Below, in pieces: positions 31,215 through 40,543 of a stretch of DNA of 64,000 bases. How positions within the stretch are numbered: position 1 is the first letter of the stretch; each line of letters begins with the position of its first letter. The translations under genes were made by a program, and so were the position numbers. The notes beneath the pieces are model-generated. The model saw only the letters and a list, made by a program, of their open reading frames with translations. It was not told the DNA's origin and searched no databases. Source of the stretch: Trueperaceae bacterium (lineage in GTDB: Bacteria; Deinococcota; Deinococci; Deinococcales; Trueperaceae); contig OZ243927.1 in assembly GCA_965213925.1 (NCBI GenBank), positions 2,592,001-2,656,000 on the forward strand, in the 5' to 3' direction.

Positions 31215-31940
31215 ATGAAGCCGTATGAAAGGTATAAGGATTCTGGCGTTGAGTGGATTGGAGAGGTGCCGGAGCATTGGGAAATTGCACCACTTAAATT
31301 TGTCGCAGAGATTCAGACAGGTTTAACACTTGGCAACAAATACGATGGTTTAGAAACGGTTGAACGTCCTTACTTGAGGGTAGCTAACGTCCAAGATGGT
31401 TTTCTTGATTTGGACACAATCACAACTATCTTGGTTCCAAAAAGGAGTACGGTGCGGTATGAGCTGCAAGCTGGGGATGTCCTGATGACTGAAGGGGGTG
31501 ATTTCGATAAGCTTGGACGAGGATACGTGTGGGAAGATCAGATCAAAGGTTGTCTCCATCAAAACCATGTATTCGCAGTCCGACCAAATCAGAGCAAGCT
31601 TTATCCATACTATCTCGCCTTTCTAACTTCCTCCTATCACGGAAAAAACTACTTTACAAGTACATCTCAGAAAACGACTAATTTAGCTACGATAAATCGA
31701 ACGAAGCTCGGGCAGTTTTTGCTGATTCTACCTACAGCCAATGAACAAAAAGAGATTATCGAGTTCCTCGAGCAAAAAACCTCTCAAATTGACACAACGA
31801 TTAGCAAAGCTGAGAGGCAGATTGGGCTTTTGCGGGAGTACCGCACGGCGCTCATCTCTGAGGTGGTGACGGGCAAGGTGGATGTGCGGGGTGAGCGTGT
31901 CGGTTCGGCGGTAAGCGGTTCGCGGGAGGTGGCGGTGTGA
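31215..31940 (+). CDS. hsdS: Type I RM specificity subunit, half-size (single TRD)
   Basis: KDSGVEWIGEVPEHW start, one lower-GC TRD, PTANEQKEI...ALISEVVTGK end; only 241 aa. Confidence 0.88.
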   Translation: MKPYERYKDSGVEWIGEVPEHWEIAPLKFVAEIQTGLTLGNKYDGLETVERPYLRVANVQDGFLDLDTITTILVPKRSTVRYELQAGDVLMTEGGDFDKLGRGYVWEDQIKGCLHQNHVFAVRPNQSKLYPYYLAFLTSSYHGKNYFTSTSQKTTNLATINRTKLGQFLLILPTANEQKEIIEFLEQKTSQIDTTISKAERQIGLLREYRTALISEVVTGKVDVRGERVGSAVSGSREVAV

Positions 31941-34898
31941 GCACGGCGACAAAAGAGAACGCCTTTGAAACGGCAATCGTTCGCCATCTCGTCATGCACG
32001 GCAATTACGTCGAGGGCGATAGCCGCAGTTTCAGCAAAGAACTCGCGTTCGACAAAGGGGCGGTGCTGGCGTTTTTGCAGAGGACGCAGCCTCAGGCGTG
32101 GCAGAAGTTAGCGGGTATTCACGGTCAGAGCGTAGAGGCTAAGCTGACGCAGCGGCTCTTTAAGGAACTCGACAACCGGGGCATGTTGGATGTGTTGCGG
32201 CACGGCATTATTGATTACGGGGTGCGCTTTCAGCTCGCGTACTTTAAGCCTGCCTCGAGCCTGAACCCCGACGCGATGGAGAGGTATCGCCAGAACGTGT
32301 TGAGCGTGACGCGGCAGCTTCACTACAGCGTCAAAGAGTCGCGCAAGTCGGTGGATTTGTTACTCAGCCTGAACGGGCTACCCGTCGCGACGGTGGAGCT
32401 GAAAAATCAGTTCACGGGGCAAAACGTTTCTAACGCTAAGCGGCAGTACAGCCAGGACCGCGACCCGCGCGAGCTTCTGTTTCGGTTCAAGAAGCGGGCG
32501 TTGGTGCATTTTGCCGTGGACACCGACGAAGCCTACATGACCACGCGCTTAGACGGCAAGAACACGCGCTATCTGCCCTTTAACCGAGGGCACGAGGGGG
32601 GTGCGGGCAACCCGCAAAATGAGGGTAAGCACCGGACGGCGTACCTGTGGGAAGAGGTCTGGGCGAAGGACAGTTGGCTGGATATCATCGGCAAGTTCTT
32701 GCACCTGGAGAGGCGAGACCTCACCGTGGACGGGCGCACGGTGCGGCGGGAGTCGCTGATCTTTCCGAGGTATCACCAGCTTGACGCGGTGCGCAAGCTT
32801 TCGGGTGACGCAGAGCGGCAGGGCGCGGGGCAACACTATCTGGTGCAGCATTCGGCGGGGAGCGGCAAGAGCAATTCGATTGCGTGGCTGGCGTATAGGC
32901 TCTCGAGCCTCTACAACGACCGTGACGAGCGCGTGTTTGATTCGGTCGTGGTGATTACGGATAGGCGCGTGCTGGATAAGCAGTTGCAGGACACGATTTA
33001 TCAATTTGAACATAAGCAAGGCGTCGTGCAGCGGATTGATAAGGGCTCTAAGCAGCTCGCTGAGACGTTGGCTTCGGGGTCGCACATCATCATCACGACC
33101 TTGCAGAAGTTTCCGTTCGCGGAGGTGCTAGATGAGGTGGGGACGATGCCCGAGCGGACGTACGCGGTCATCGTAGATGAGGCGCATAGCTCGCAGGGCG
33201 GCGAGGCGTCGAAGAGCATGAAGAGCGTGCTGGGCGTGTCTGAGGAAGTGGATGCAGGTGAGGTAGATGATACCGAGGACGCGGTTCGCGAGGCGATGCG
33301 CTCGAGGGGTCGGCAGGCGAACCTGAGCTTCTTCGCGTTTACAGCGACGCCTAAGCAAAAGACGCTGCAAGCCTTTGGCGTACCTGATGCTAAGGGAGAG
33401 TATAGACCTTTCCACCACTATTCAATGCGCCAAGCTGTCGAAGAAGGCTTCATCATGGACGTGTTGCGCAACTACACGACCTACAAGAGCTACTACCGCC
33501 TCTCGAAAGCGATAGAGGATGACCCGAAGCTCAACAAAAAGCAAGCAGCTAAAGCTATTGCCCGCTCTGTGTCGTTCCTGCCAGGCGTGCTCACCCAAAA
33601 GACAGAGGTCATCATTGAGCACTTTCGGCAGTGTGTGATGCACAAGATAGGTGGTAAAGCCAAAGCGATGGTCGTGACCTCTTCGCGTCCTCATGTTGTG
33701 CGCTATAAGGAGGAGTTTGACAATTACTTGCAGGAGCAGGGGTACACCGATATCCGGGCGCTCGTGGCGTTCACCGCGTTTACAGACCCAGAAACAGACA
33801 TTTCTTACAGCGAGCGTGATCTTAATGGCTTCGGCGAAGGGGAGCTACCGGAGCGCTTCGCGTCGGAAGCGTATCAGCTTTTGCTCGTAGCTGACAAGTA
33901 CCAGACAGGCTTCGACCAGCCGCTTTTGCACACCATGTATGTAGACAAGAAGCTTTCGGGCGTGCGAGCGGTGCAGACGCTCTCACGCCTTAACCGAACC
34001 CACCCCGGCAAAGAGGATACATTCGTGCTCGACTTCGCCAATAGCGAAGAGGAGATATTGGCGGCGTTCAAGCCATTTTTACGAAGAGACAACCCTCGCG
34101 AGCGGCGTGGACCCTAATGACCTCTATAGCCGCAAAACCGAGTTAGAAGAATTTCAAGTCATCTATGCAGATGATGTCGAAGCATTTGCGTCAGTATTTT
34201 TTAGACAGACTGAAAGTGGGCGCGACCACCGGCTTCTGAATGCTTATGTTGATCCTGCTGTAAGTAGGTTTAGAACGCTCGAGGACGAGAGAAGAGAGGT
34301 CTTCAAAAAAGACTTAACAAGGTTTGTTCGGCTCTATGCGTTTCTCGCTCAAATTATGCCCTTCAAAGATGCCGAGCTAGAGAAGTTCTACGCATATGCT
34401 CAGTTTCTAGCAAGCAAGCTGCCGCGCCGTGAAGGGGACGGCTTTCAGCTTGGTGACGAGGTTGCGCTCGAATACTACCGCCTACAAAAGATGAGTGAGG
34501 GCCGCCTCAATCTGGAGAACGAAAGCGCCCCCTTAAACCCGCTATCTGAAGCAGGAAGCCGTGCTGAGAAAGAGGTTGAAGCTAAGCTCTCGGAGATAAT
34601 TGATATTCTGAATGAGCGCTTCGATAGGGATTTTGATGATGGTGATAAGTACTTCTTCAATCAGGTTGAGGAGGACCTTGTTAAGGATGACGTGCTCGCG
34701 CAGCAAGCTAAAACCAATACTATTAGCAACTTCAGATATGGTTTTGACGAAGCATTTATAAGCAAGCTAATCGAGCGTATGGAACTAAATCAGGACATTT
34801 TCTCGTTAATTATGGACGACAGTACGTTCAGCAATGCGGTCCAAGAATGGATGCTGGAGAAGGTTTACCAACGGCTCAATAGACCTCAAGACGCATGA
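31937..34898 (+). pseudogene. hsdR: Type I RM restriction subunit, +1 frameshift in a T5 run
   Basis: VELKN, QHSAGSGKS, DEAH, FTATP, TGFDQP; removing one T at 34076-34080 gives FKPFYEETTLASGVDPNDLY and joins the two ORFs. Confidence 0.9.
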
Positions 34899-35257
34899 TC
34901 TAAACTTGTTGGCTTTGCGGCTTTCGCTGGTCCTATCACGATCTCTTGCCGTGGTAACGTACTCGCTTCGTCCTCCACGGTTATCGTCACACGCTGCTCG
35001 AGCCTGCTCAAAAAGTGAAGCAGCCGCTCCACCGAGAAGTTCTTCAGTCTGCCATTAACGATGTTGGACACGTCCGGTTGAGCAATACCTAACACTTCGG
35101 CGGCGTGAGCCTGTGTCCAGTCTCGCGCCTCAATCACGTCATAAATTGCGCTGGCAAGCCTAGCTTTCAGCAACCGCTCTTCGGGATTGGGCAAGCCTAA
35201 ATCAGCAAAGACATTGCCGCTGCCTTTCGTGATGGCTATATCGTCTTTCTTACTCAT
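34886..35257 (-). CDS. XRE/HigA-type antitoxin (HTH)
   Basis: KGSGNVFADLGLP, WTQAHAAEVLGIAQPDVS..VNG...FSVERL; overlaps the toxin stop. Confidence 0.85.
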   Translation of the reverse strand: MSKKDDIAITKGSGNVFADLGLPNPEERLLKARLASAIYDVIEARDWTQAHAAEVLGIAQPDVSNIVNGRLKNFSVERLLHFLSRLEQRVTITVEDEASTLPRQEIVIGPAKAAKPTSLDHAS

Positions 35258-35597
35258 TGTCCGCATCCTCCTTAGCGCGTTTAAGCCGAGCACGTATCAC
35301 GTCTATATCAGGCTTCGGAGTGGCAATTCCCTGTTTAGACTTCTTTTTGAAAACATGCAGCACGTAAATGTAGTCTCCTAGATTCACTGCGTACACCGTG
35401 CGGTAGGTATCTTTGTCGTAGTCGATCCGCAGCTCTTGCACCCCGGATAAACCTTTGAGCGGTTTGATTCGTGGGTGAGAGAGCCCCCGCTGTACGCGGT
35501 CAAGGATAAAACCTGTATCATCCTGTACCTGTTCGGGCATCTCTTTGAGGTCATCAAGTGACGACCCAACCCATCTCACCTCTTTAAGTATTGACAT
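35250..35597 (-). CDS. RelE/HigB-type (Gp49-like) toxin
   Basis: WVGSSLDDL, GVQELRI, YRTVY, YVLHVFKKKS..GIATPK. Confidence 0.85.
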   Translation of the reverse strand: MSILKEVRWVGSSLDDLKEMPEQVQDDTGFILDRVQRGLSHPRIKPLKGLSGVQELRIDYDKDTYRTVYAVNLGDYIYVLHVFKKKSKQGIATPKPDIDVIRARLKRAKEDADNE

Positions 35598-35617
35598 ATC
35601 GTAGCCCTACCATAAAT

Positions 35618-35646
35618 ACAATATAGTGAATTAACTATATTTGCAA
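35618..35646 (-). promoter_or_regulatory. TA promoter with palindromic operator
   Basis: Minus strand TTGCAA-N17-TATTGT with ATATAGT-N6-ACTATAT palindrome at 35621-35640. Confidence 0.6.
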
Positions 35647-35789
35647 ACGATTAGTGAGGAAACGTATGCTGCTTTCGAGTTAGTTTCGTCGCTGCTAGCT
35701 TGTAGCACTGGGTGGTATCTATAAAGCAACTATATCGTAACCAGTAAGTAACCGCGTTGTACACGGCGTTTACTTGCTAAAGAGAGAAG

Positions 35790-36134
35790 ATGTCTATGCC
35801 TACCCGAACGGTTAAGATTTCCGAACGCCTTTATCAACGTGCCGCGCAACATGCCGATAAGCTAGGTATCTCAATTTGTGATTCGCTGGATCGGCTAGCG
35901 AGCGGTGGTGAACAAGCGGCAGACGTGCATTTCTCCGAGGCACTACTTTCTCAGCTAAAGGAGATGGAAGTCGAACTCGAGTTACAGCGGAAAATCTTTT
36001 CACATCAGCTTCACAGTGCTCTGTCAGGTATCGTAGCTGGACAGGGCGTTCTCGCGGAGAAGCTACAAATTGATCCTCAAAAGCTGTACTCAACCGTAAA
36101 TGCGATGATCCAAAGCGAAGAAAGCGAATTATAA
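35790..36134 (+). CDS. Hypothetical protein, possible N-terminal ribbon-helix-helix
   Basis: TRTVKISERLYQRA...LGISI pattern. Confidence 0.5.
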   Translation: MSMPTRTVKISERLYQRAAQHADKLGISICDSLDRLASGGEQAADVHFSEALLSQLKEMEVELELQRKIFSHQLHSALSGIVAGQGVLAEKLQIDPQKLYSTVNAMIQSEESEL

Positions 36135-36172
36135 GTTTCTCAGTTACACGTTTCTGAAGGGAGAATAAGCTA

Positions 36173-36784
36173 GTGGGCTACGGTACTGGCTATAAGCGTG
36201 GGATAACCCGGCGGATTGAAAAGAAAAGCGATCCGCTCACCCCTAGAGACTTGACGGATGTTGAAGCACTTACTCTCTTCCTCAACGGGAACCACAAAAC
36301 AGCACAAGCGACCCTTGAACATGTCGAAGGTGACTTCATGCTGCTAGCGGATTTCACGGAAAGTGACTTCCTGCTAATAGACGGAATTGGGAAAGCTTAC
36401 GCTAAAAAGCTAGCCAAGTGCATGAGCACTGTGAAGAGATCAATCGACAAGCATCTTGAGACTCGAGAACTAGTAGACTCCATTTTCTCCAAGCATGGAG
36501 TTCTTCCTGCGCATCAAGAAACAGAAGAAGAAGCAGTCACTAACGCTTTTAACCATCATGTTTTTAGTCGGTCTTACGATAAGTTACCACCAATGGCTCC
36601 GCTTCCTAAAACGTCTCAACAGCCTGATACGGTTAAGGAGACTCAGGAGCTTCAAAGTAAAAGAAAGGCGTTGTATAGCGCATTTTCAGAGTTTCTTGAT
36701 AGATCGATTAGAAAGGAAGATAAGCCGCTGTCTAAAAGCATTCTCGAAGGGATGCGCGAAAGGCTTCCGTCTGACCTCGGATGA
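36173..36784 (+). CDS. Hypothetical protein with helix-hairpin-helix motif
   Basis: LLIDGIGKAYAKKL; RBS GGAG upstream. Confidence 0.5.
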   Translation: MGYGTGYKRGITRRIEKKSDPLTPRDLTDVEALTLFLNGNHKTAQATLEHVEGDFMLLADFTESDFLLIDGIGKAYAKKLAKCMSTVKRSIDKHLETRELVDSIFSKHGVLPAHQETEEEAVTNAFNHHVFSRSYDKLPPMAPLPKTSQQPDTVKETQELQSKRKALYSAFSEFLDRSIRKEDKPLSKSILEGMRERLPSDLG

Positions 36785-37348
36785 GATGGGGGCTTCTATG
36801 AGCCTGTTTTCATGCCTTTCCGCCTGTTAAGAAGCCGTCCTAGACGGCTTTTCCAGGTTTTGCATTAAGTAAAATTGGTCGGTTTTACCGTCTGTCACGC
36901 AAACTGACCGAGTCAATTCGCTCTATAGAAGCAGAGCGTGTACTTTGTTCGAAGCAGTCCTTCTTATTCGGACGCTAACCAACGCAAACGGAAGGGAGCA
37001 TACATTGAGCGCAAAGAACTGACGAAGCTGCGCTCGAGTGTTTGCAAAAACCAAAAACCGACAAAAATTTATCGGCCAAACAAGGGGTGACCATAACCTA
37101 AAACAGCAATATGTGTTAAGGTTCGCTCAAAGAAAAAAGGTCCGACGGACATCGGACCTCAATTTAGGACACCACGCGCAAAACAGCGTGCTACCCAGCC
37201 TGATCACCTGAAAGTGTAGCACATTTAGCGTGTGGCGTCCCGGAAAGGACGTCATGTTTTTTGATGCTGAGAATCTATGTTGTTTGCTGCTTCCTTGCAC
37301 TTCTAAAAGATCAACTCTAGTTACATCTGTTCCTGTGGGGAAAGCACA

Positions 37349-37546
37349 GTGAGTGCGGAGAAGCAGGTTCTTACTGTTGCGGATGTCGCCTTACTGTTAG
37401 GTGTATCAAAAGACAAAGTATATGAGATGGTGAGGGGTAATTTGATTCCTCACAAACGGATCGGACGCCGTATCATCGTCCCTGCAAAACCGCTCGACAA
37501 CTGGCTCAATAGCCCGGACAATTGGGAATCCTTCGACGCCTCATGA
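37349..37546 (+). CDS. Excisionase-like HTH protein
   Basis: LTVADVALLLGVSKDKVYEMVRGNLIPHKRIGRRIIVP, directly upstream of the integrase. Confidence 0.85.
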   Translation: MSAEKQVLTVADVALLLGVSKDKVYEMVRGNLIPHKRIGRRIIVPAKPLDNWLNSPDNWESFDAS

Positions 37547-37569
37547 ATGATGGGACTCGGAGGTACGTC

Positions 37570-38703
37570 ATGGGTAGAAAAGGCAGAAACGGTAACGGTG
37601 AAGGCTCAATTTTCAAATTGGCGGATGGTACATGGCGTGGCTTCATCACGCTGGGCTACGACTTGAGAGGAAAGCAAGTCAAGAAATGGCGGCGGGGCAA
37701 GACACGCCGCCAGGTTTCCGAGAAGCTGAACAAGATCGCGGCAGAGTCAGGGAGCCGTTTAGTATCCCGCCCTGAAAAGGTGACGGTTGAAGAGTGGCTG
37801 AAGCGCCACGCGGAACTTCGCGGCAGAGAGGTTAGACCGCGCACCCGCGAGAATTATAAGCATTACCTCAGTAAAATTTTGCCCGCGTTAGGACACCTCG
37901 AGCTTCGAAAACTTACACCACTTCAGGTCCGAACCTTTTACAGCAAAATGACAGACGCAGGGTTAAGCCCTTCTGTACGTCAGCACATCCACCACTTCTT
38001 GAAAAGTGGCATGAAAGATGCGCTCAGGATGGAGCTGATTGAGCGTAACCCTTTAGAGGTTATAGACGCGCCAAAGGGCGGCAGAGTCGTTCAACCTCGA
38101 GTGTGGGAACCTGAGCAGGTTAGCGCCTTTCTCAAAGTAGCCCAAGGAGAAAGGTTTTATGGCGCGTTCTACCTCATGATCACATTAGGACTTCGTATAG
38201 GAGAGGTCTTAGCGCTGCACTGGTCCGACTTAGAAGAGGATCGTTTGAGCATCAGTAGAACTCTTGTGGTAGTTGGAAATAAAGCTGAGCTGGGTCCACC
38301 TAAAACGGAACGTAGTTACCGGACAGTCTATCTCAGTCAGGATGTCCTGAAGGTGCTCGAGCAGCGCAGAGAAGAACAGGTAATAGAGCGCAGTATTACT
38401 CATTCGTGGAAACCTAATGACCTGATCTTTTGCTCTACGGTGGGAACTCCGGTCAATACCCACAATTTCAGACGCACATACCGCCGTCTCGTTGAAAGGG
38501 CAGAGGTGCCGATGATCCGGGTCCACGATCTACGACATACGTACATCACGCTAGCTCGGGATGCGGGCATAGATGCCGAAGTCGTAGCGAACCGCGTAGG
38601 ACAAGATGTGCGCGTCACTATGCAGATTTACAGCAAAGTTACCGAATCAAGAAAACGCAAAGCAGCAAGGAGCTTGGAGGCACTTCTTCATGGCACTATC
38701 TAA
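37570..38703 (+). CDS. Tyrosine integrase
   Basis: RNGNGEGSI arm-binding N-terminus, GLRIGEVLAL, HDLRHT, TMQIY; RBS GGAGG. Confidence 0.93.
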   Translation: MGRKGRNGNGEGSIFKLADGTWRGFITLGYDLRGKQVKKWRRGKTRRQVSEKLNKIAAESGSRLVSRPEKVTVEEWLKRHAELRGREVRPRTRENYKHYLSKILPALGHLELRKLTPLQVRTFYSKMTDAGLSPSVRQHIHHFLKSGMKDALRMELIERNPLEVIDAPKGGRVVQPRVWEPEQVSAFLKVAQGERFYGAFYLMITLGLRIGEVLALHWSDLEEDRLSISRTLVVVGNKAELGPPKTERSYRTVYLSQDVLKVLEQRREEQVIERSITHSWKPNDLIFCSTVGTPVNTHNFRRTYRRLVERAEVPMIRVHDLRHTYITLARDAGIDAEVVANRVGQDVRVTMQIYSKVTESRKRKAARSLEALLHGTI

Positions 38704-38776
38704 CGGGTAGTGCTCCAGCGATTTCTTCCAAACTCAACCCGAATTATGCGAGGGTAGAAGAACTTGGAGGAAGAAG

Positions 38777-39064
38777 ATGGGCAAGCAACGAAAGTCCTGG
38801 AGCCTAGAGGTCAAAGAGACCACCGTGTTATCGGTGCTGCGAGGCGAGGTCAGCGTGGCTGAGGCAGCCAGACAGCATGGGGTCAATAAGAGCCAGATTC
38901 ACACCTGGAAGGCAAACTTTCTCGAAGGCGGGCGTGCCAGGCTCGCTGGGAACAAGCCGGATAACGGACAGGTAACCTTAGAGCGCGAGAATGACCGCTT
39001 GAAGCGCATTTTGGCTGAGAAAGAGTTGGAGCTAGATATTTCGCGAAAAGTGCGGCGGCTCTGA
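38777..39064 (+). CDS. Transposase OrfA (HTH + coiled coil)
   Basis: SVAEAARQHGV..SQIHTWK, LERENDRLKRILAEKELE. Confidence 0.85.
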   Translation: MGKQRKSWSLEVKETTVLSVLRGEVSVAEAARQHGVNKSQIHTWKANFLEGGRARLAGNKPDNGQVTLERENDRLKRILAEKELELDISRKVRRL

Positions 39065-39066
39065 GT

Positions 39067-39913
39067 ATGGCTGAGCTGTTAGCGCTACGTCAGAGCCGAC
39101 CGGAGCTGAGTTTAAGACGCTTTGCCCAGTATGCCGGGATACCGGCAGCTACGTGACTTTGAAAAAAGCAGTGCTACAAGGCGTGCTCGCGAAGAAGAAG
39201 GGGACAAATTGCGCGAAGCCGTCAAGCACGTAGCGCTGCAACACCCGACTTATGGCTACAGATTTCTCTATCAGGAGTTGCGGGATCAAGGGGAGCAAAT
39301 AGGTCTGCACCGTGTGCGCCAGCTACTTGGAGACCTCGAGCTAAACCCACCACAACCGCGCAAGACGAGAAACCCCTCGCCGCAGGTCGTGCCGCCTCCC
39401 GAGTGGCCTGCTGGGAGACGGGTGCAGATTGACGCTACCCGTTTATCGCTCGCTGATGGGGTGTGCTGGGTCTATCACGTGTTGGACGTGCAACCGCGTA
39501 CCGTGCTAGCGAGCAAAGCCGTTAGGGGTCTGTCGATGCACTTAGCCAAAGCAGCCCTCGACGAAGGCATTGCCGTGTTGCGCTCGCAGAGTATCCGCAG
39601 CGCTATCCTCGTCCAGAGCGACGACGGCTCGGACTTCACCGGCGAGGTGTTTCAAAATGCTTGCTTGCGCCACGGTGCGTGGGTCAGATGCAAAGTCAGC
39701 CAAAAAGGCGGTATGGGCATCCTTGAAAGGCTCAACCGCACCTACAAATACTCGTTCGCTTTTAGGCATGACTGGCGATCACTCGCCGAAGTTCAACAGG
39801 CTCTACCTGACTTTCACTGCTGGTATAACCGCAAGCGGCGGCATTCAGCTTTGGACTACACCACCCCCTGGGCTACACTTATTGGAGCGGCAAACCCTCG
39901 CTTAGCCGCTTGA
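39067..39913 (+). pseudogene. Transposase OrfB (rve-type DDE), frameshifted near 39140
   Basis: The ATG 39067 frame (MAELLALRQ...YAGIP) must shift into YRQLRDF...PTYGYR...QIDAT...QSDDGS...ERLNRTYK...RRHSAL. Confidence 0.7.
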
Positions 39914-40072
39914 AGAAATTTTTGGAGCAGTACCACGGCACCTTTTCGGCACCTACAGAGGCTCAAATAAGTTCGTTATCGACCAACTCAGACCTAATAG
40001 GCAAATTCAAAAAGCGTGTGCAGCACGTTATTTCAGACTCTATCCGACTTAAACCAAAGAGCAGCCGGAGCA

Positions 40073-40115
40073 CTTCACACGCGAGGGGTCGCTGGTTCAA
40101 ATCCAGTACCGTCCA
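40073..40115 (+). repeat. att repeat: displaced 3' half of tRNA-Val
   Basis: CTTCACACGCGAGGGGTCgCTGGTTCAAATCCAGTACCGtCCA, 41/43 identical to the tRNA. Confidence 0.92.
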
Positions 40116-40140
40116 TTACGAGAAAGAGTGTTGGAGACGC

Positions 40141-40178
40141 AAGGAACGGGAGATAACTTATCTCCCGTTCCTTCTTTT
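40141..40178 (+). terminator. Intrinsic terminator after the displaced tRNA half
   Basis: Perfect 16-bp inverted repeat AAGGAACGGGAGATAA / TTATCTCCCGTTCCTT followed by CTTTT. Confidence 0.7.
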
Positions 40179-40543
40179 GCTACCTCTGTACCACAGTTTT
40201 GACCACAGTTGACTAAGAACTCCTTATTCGCAAGGCTATATTTAGGTCATTACGATGAGTTAAGCAAGAGCAGCAATTACGAGTTGCTTATTGATTTCGT
40301 AACTTGGGTTTCTCGACCTTTCCTCAATTTATTTACGCACGCCCAGAGAGGCAAAATCATTTTCGCTTCAATAGCCGCACATGCCTAAAGTGAGGACTAA
40401 CAGCTTTTATTCTTTCTCGACATAGCATAGCCGTGTGAGAATTTTTACGCTAGTGTAAGGGTTAAAATGCAGATCATCGTAATCTTGAAGGGTTTAGGCC
40501 TTCAAGGATATATAAAGTCACCTGCATCTAGTGAGGATAAGCG

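Larger units (their letters stand above)
38706..39934 (+). mobile_element. IS3-like two-ORF DDE insertion sequence with atypical GG ends, 1229 bp
   Basis: TIR GGTAGTGCTCCAGCGATTTCTTC / GAAGAAATTTTTGGAGCAGTACC; ACG duplicated at 38703-38705 and 39935-39937. Confidence 0.85.
26917..40115. mobile_element. Island A: integrative element at tRNA-Val(CAC), ~13.2 kb
   Basis: 43-bp direct repeat of the tRNA 3' half (26917-26959 vs 40073-40115, 2 mismatches); xis-int next to the distal repeat; matching arm-type repeats at both ends. Confidence 0.9.

Noticed and set aside
26960..40072. Prophage
   Set aside because: No terminase, capsid, tail or lysis genes; cargo is plasmid- and defence-like.
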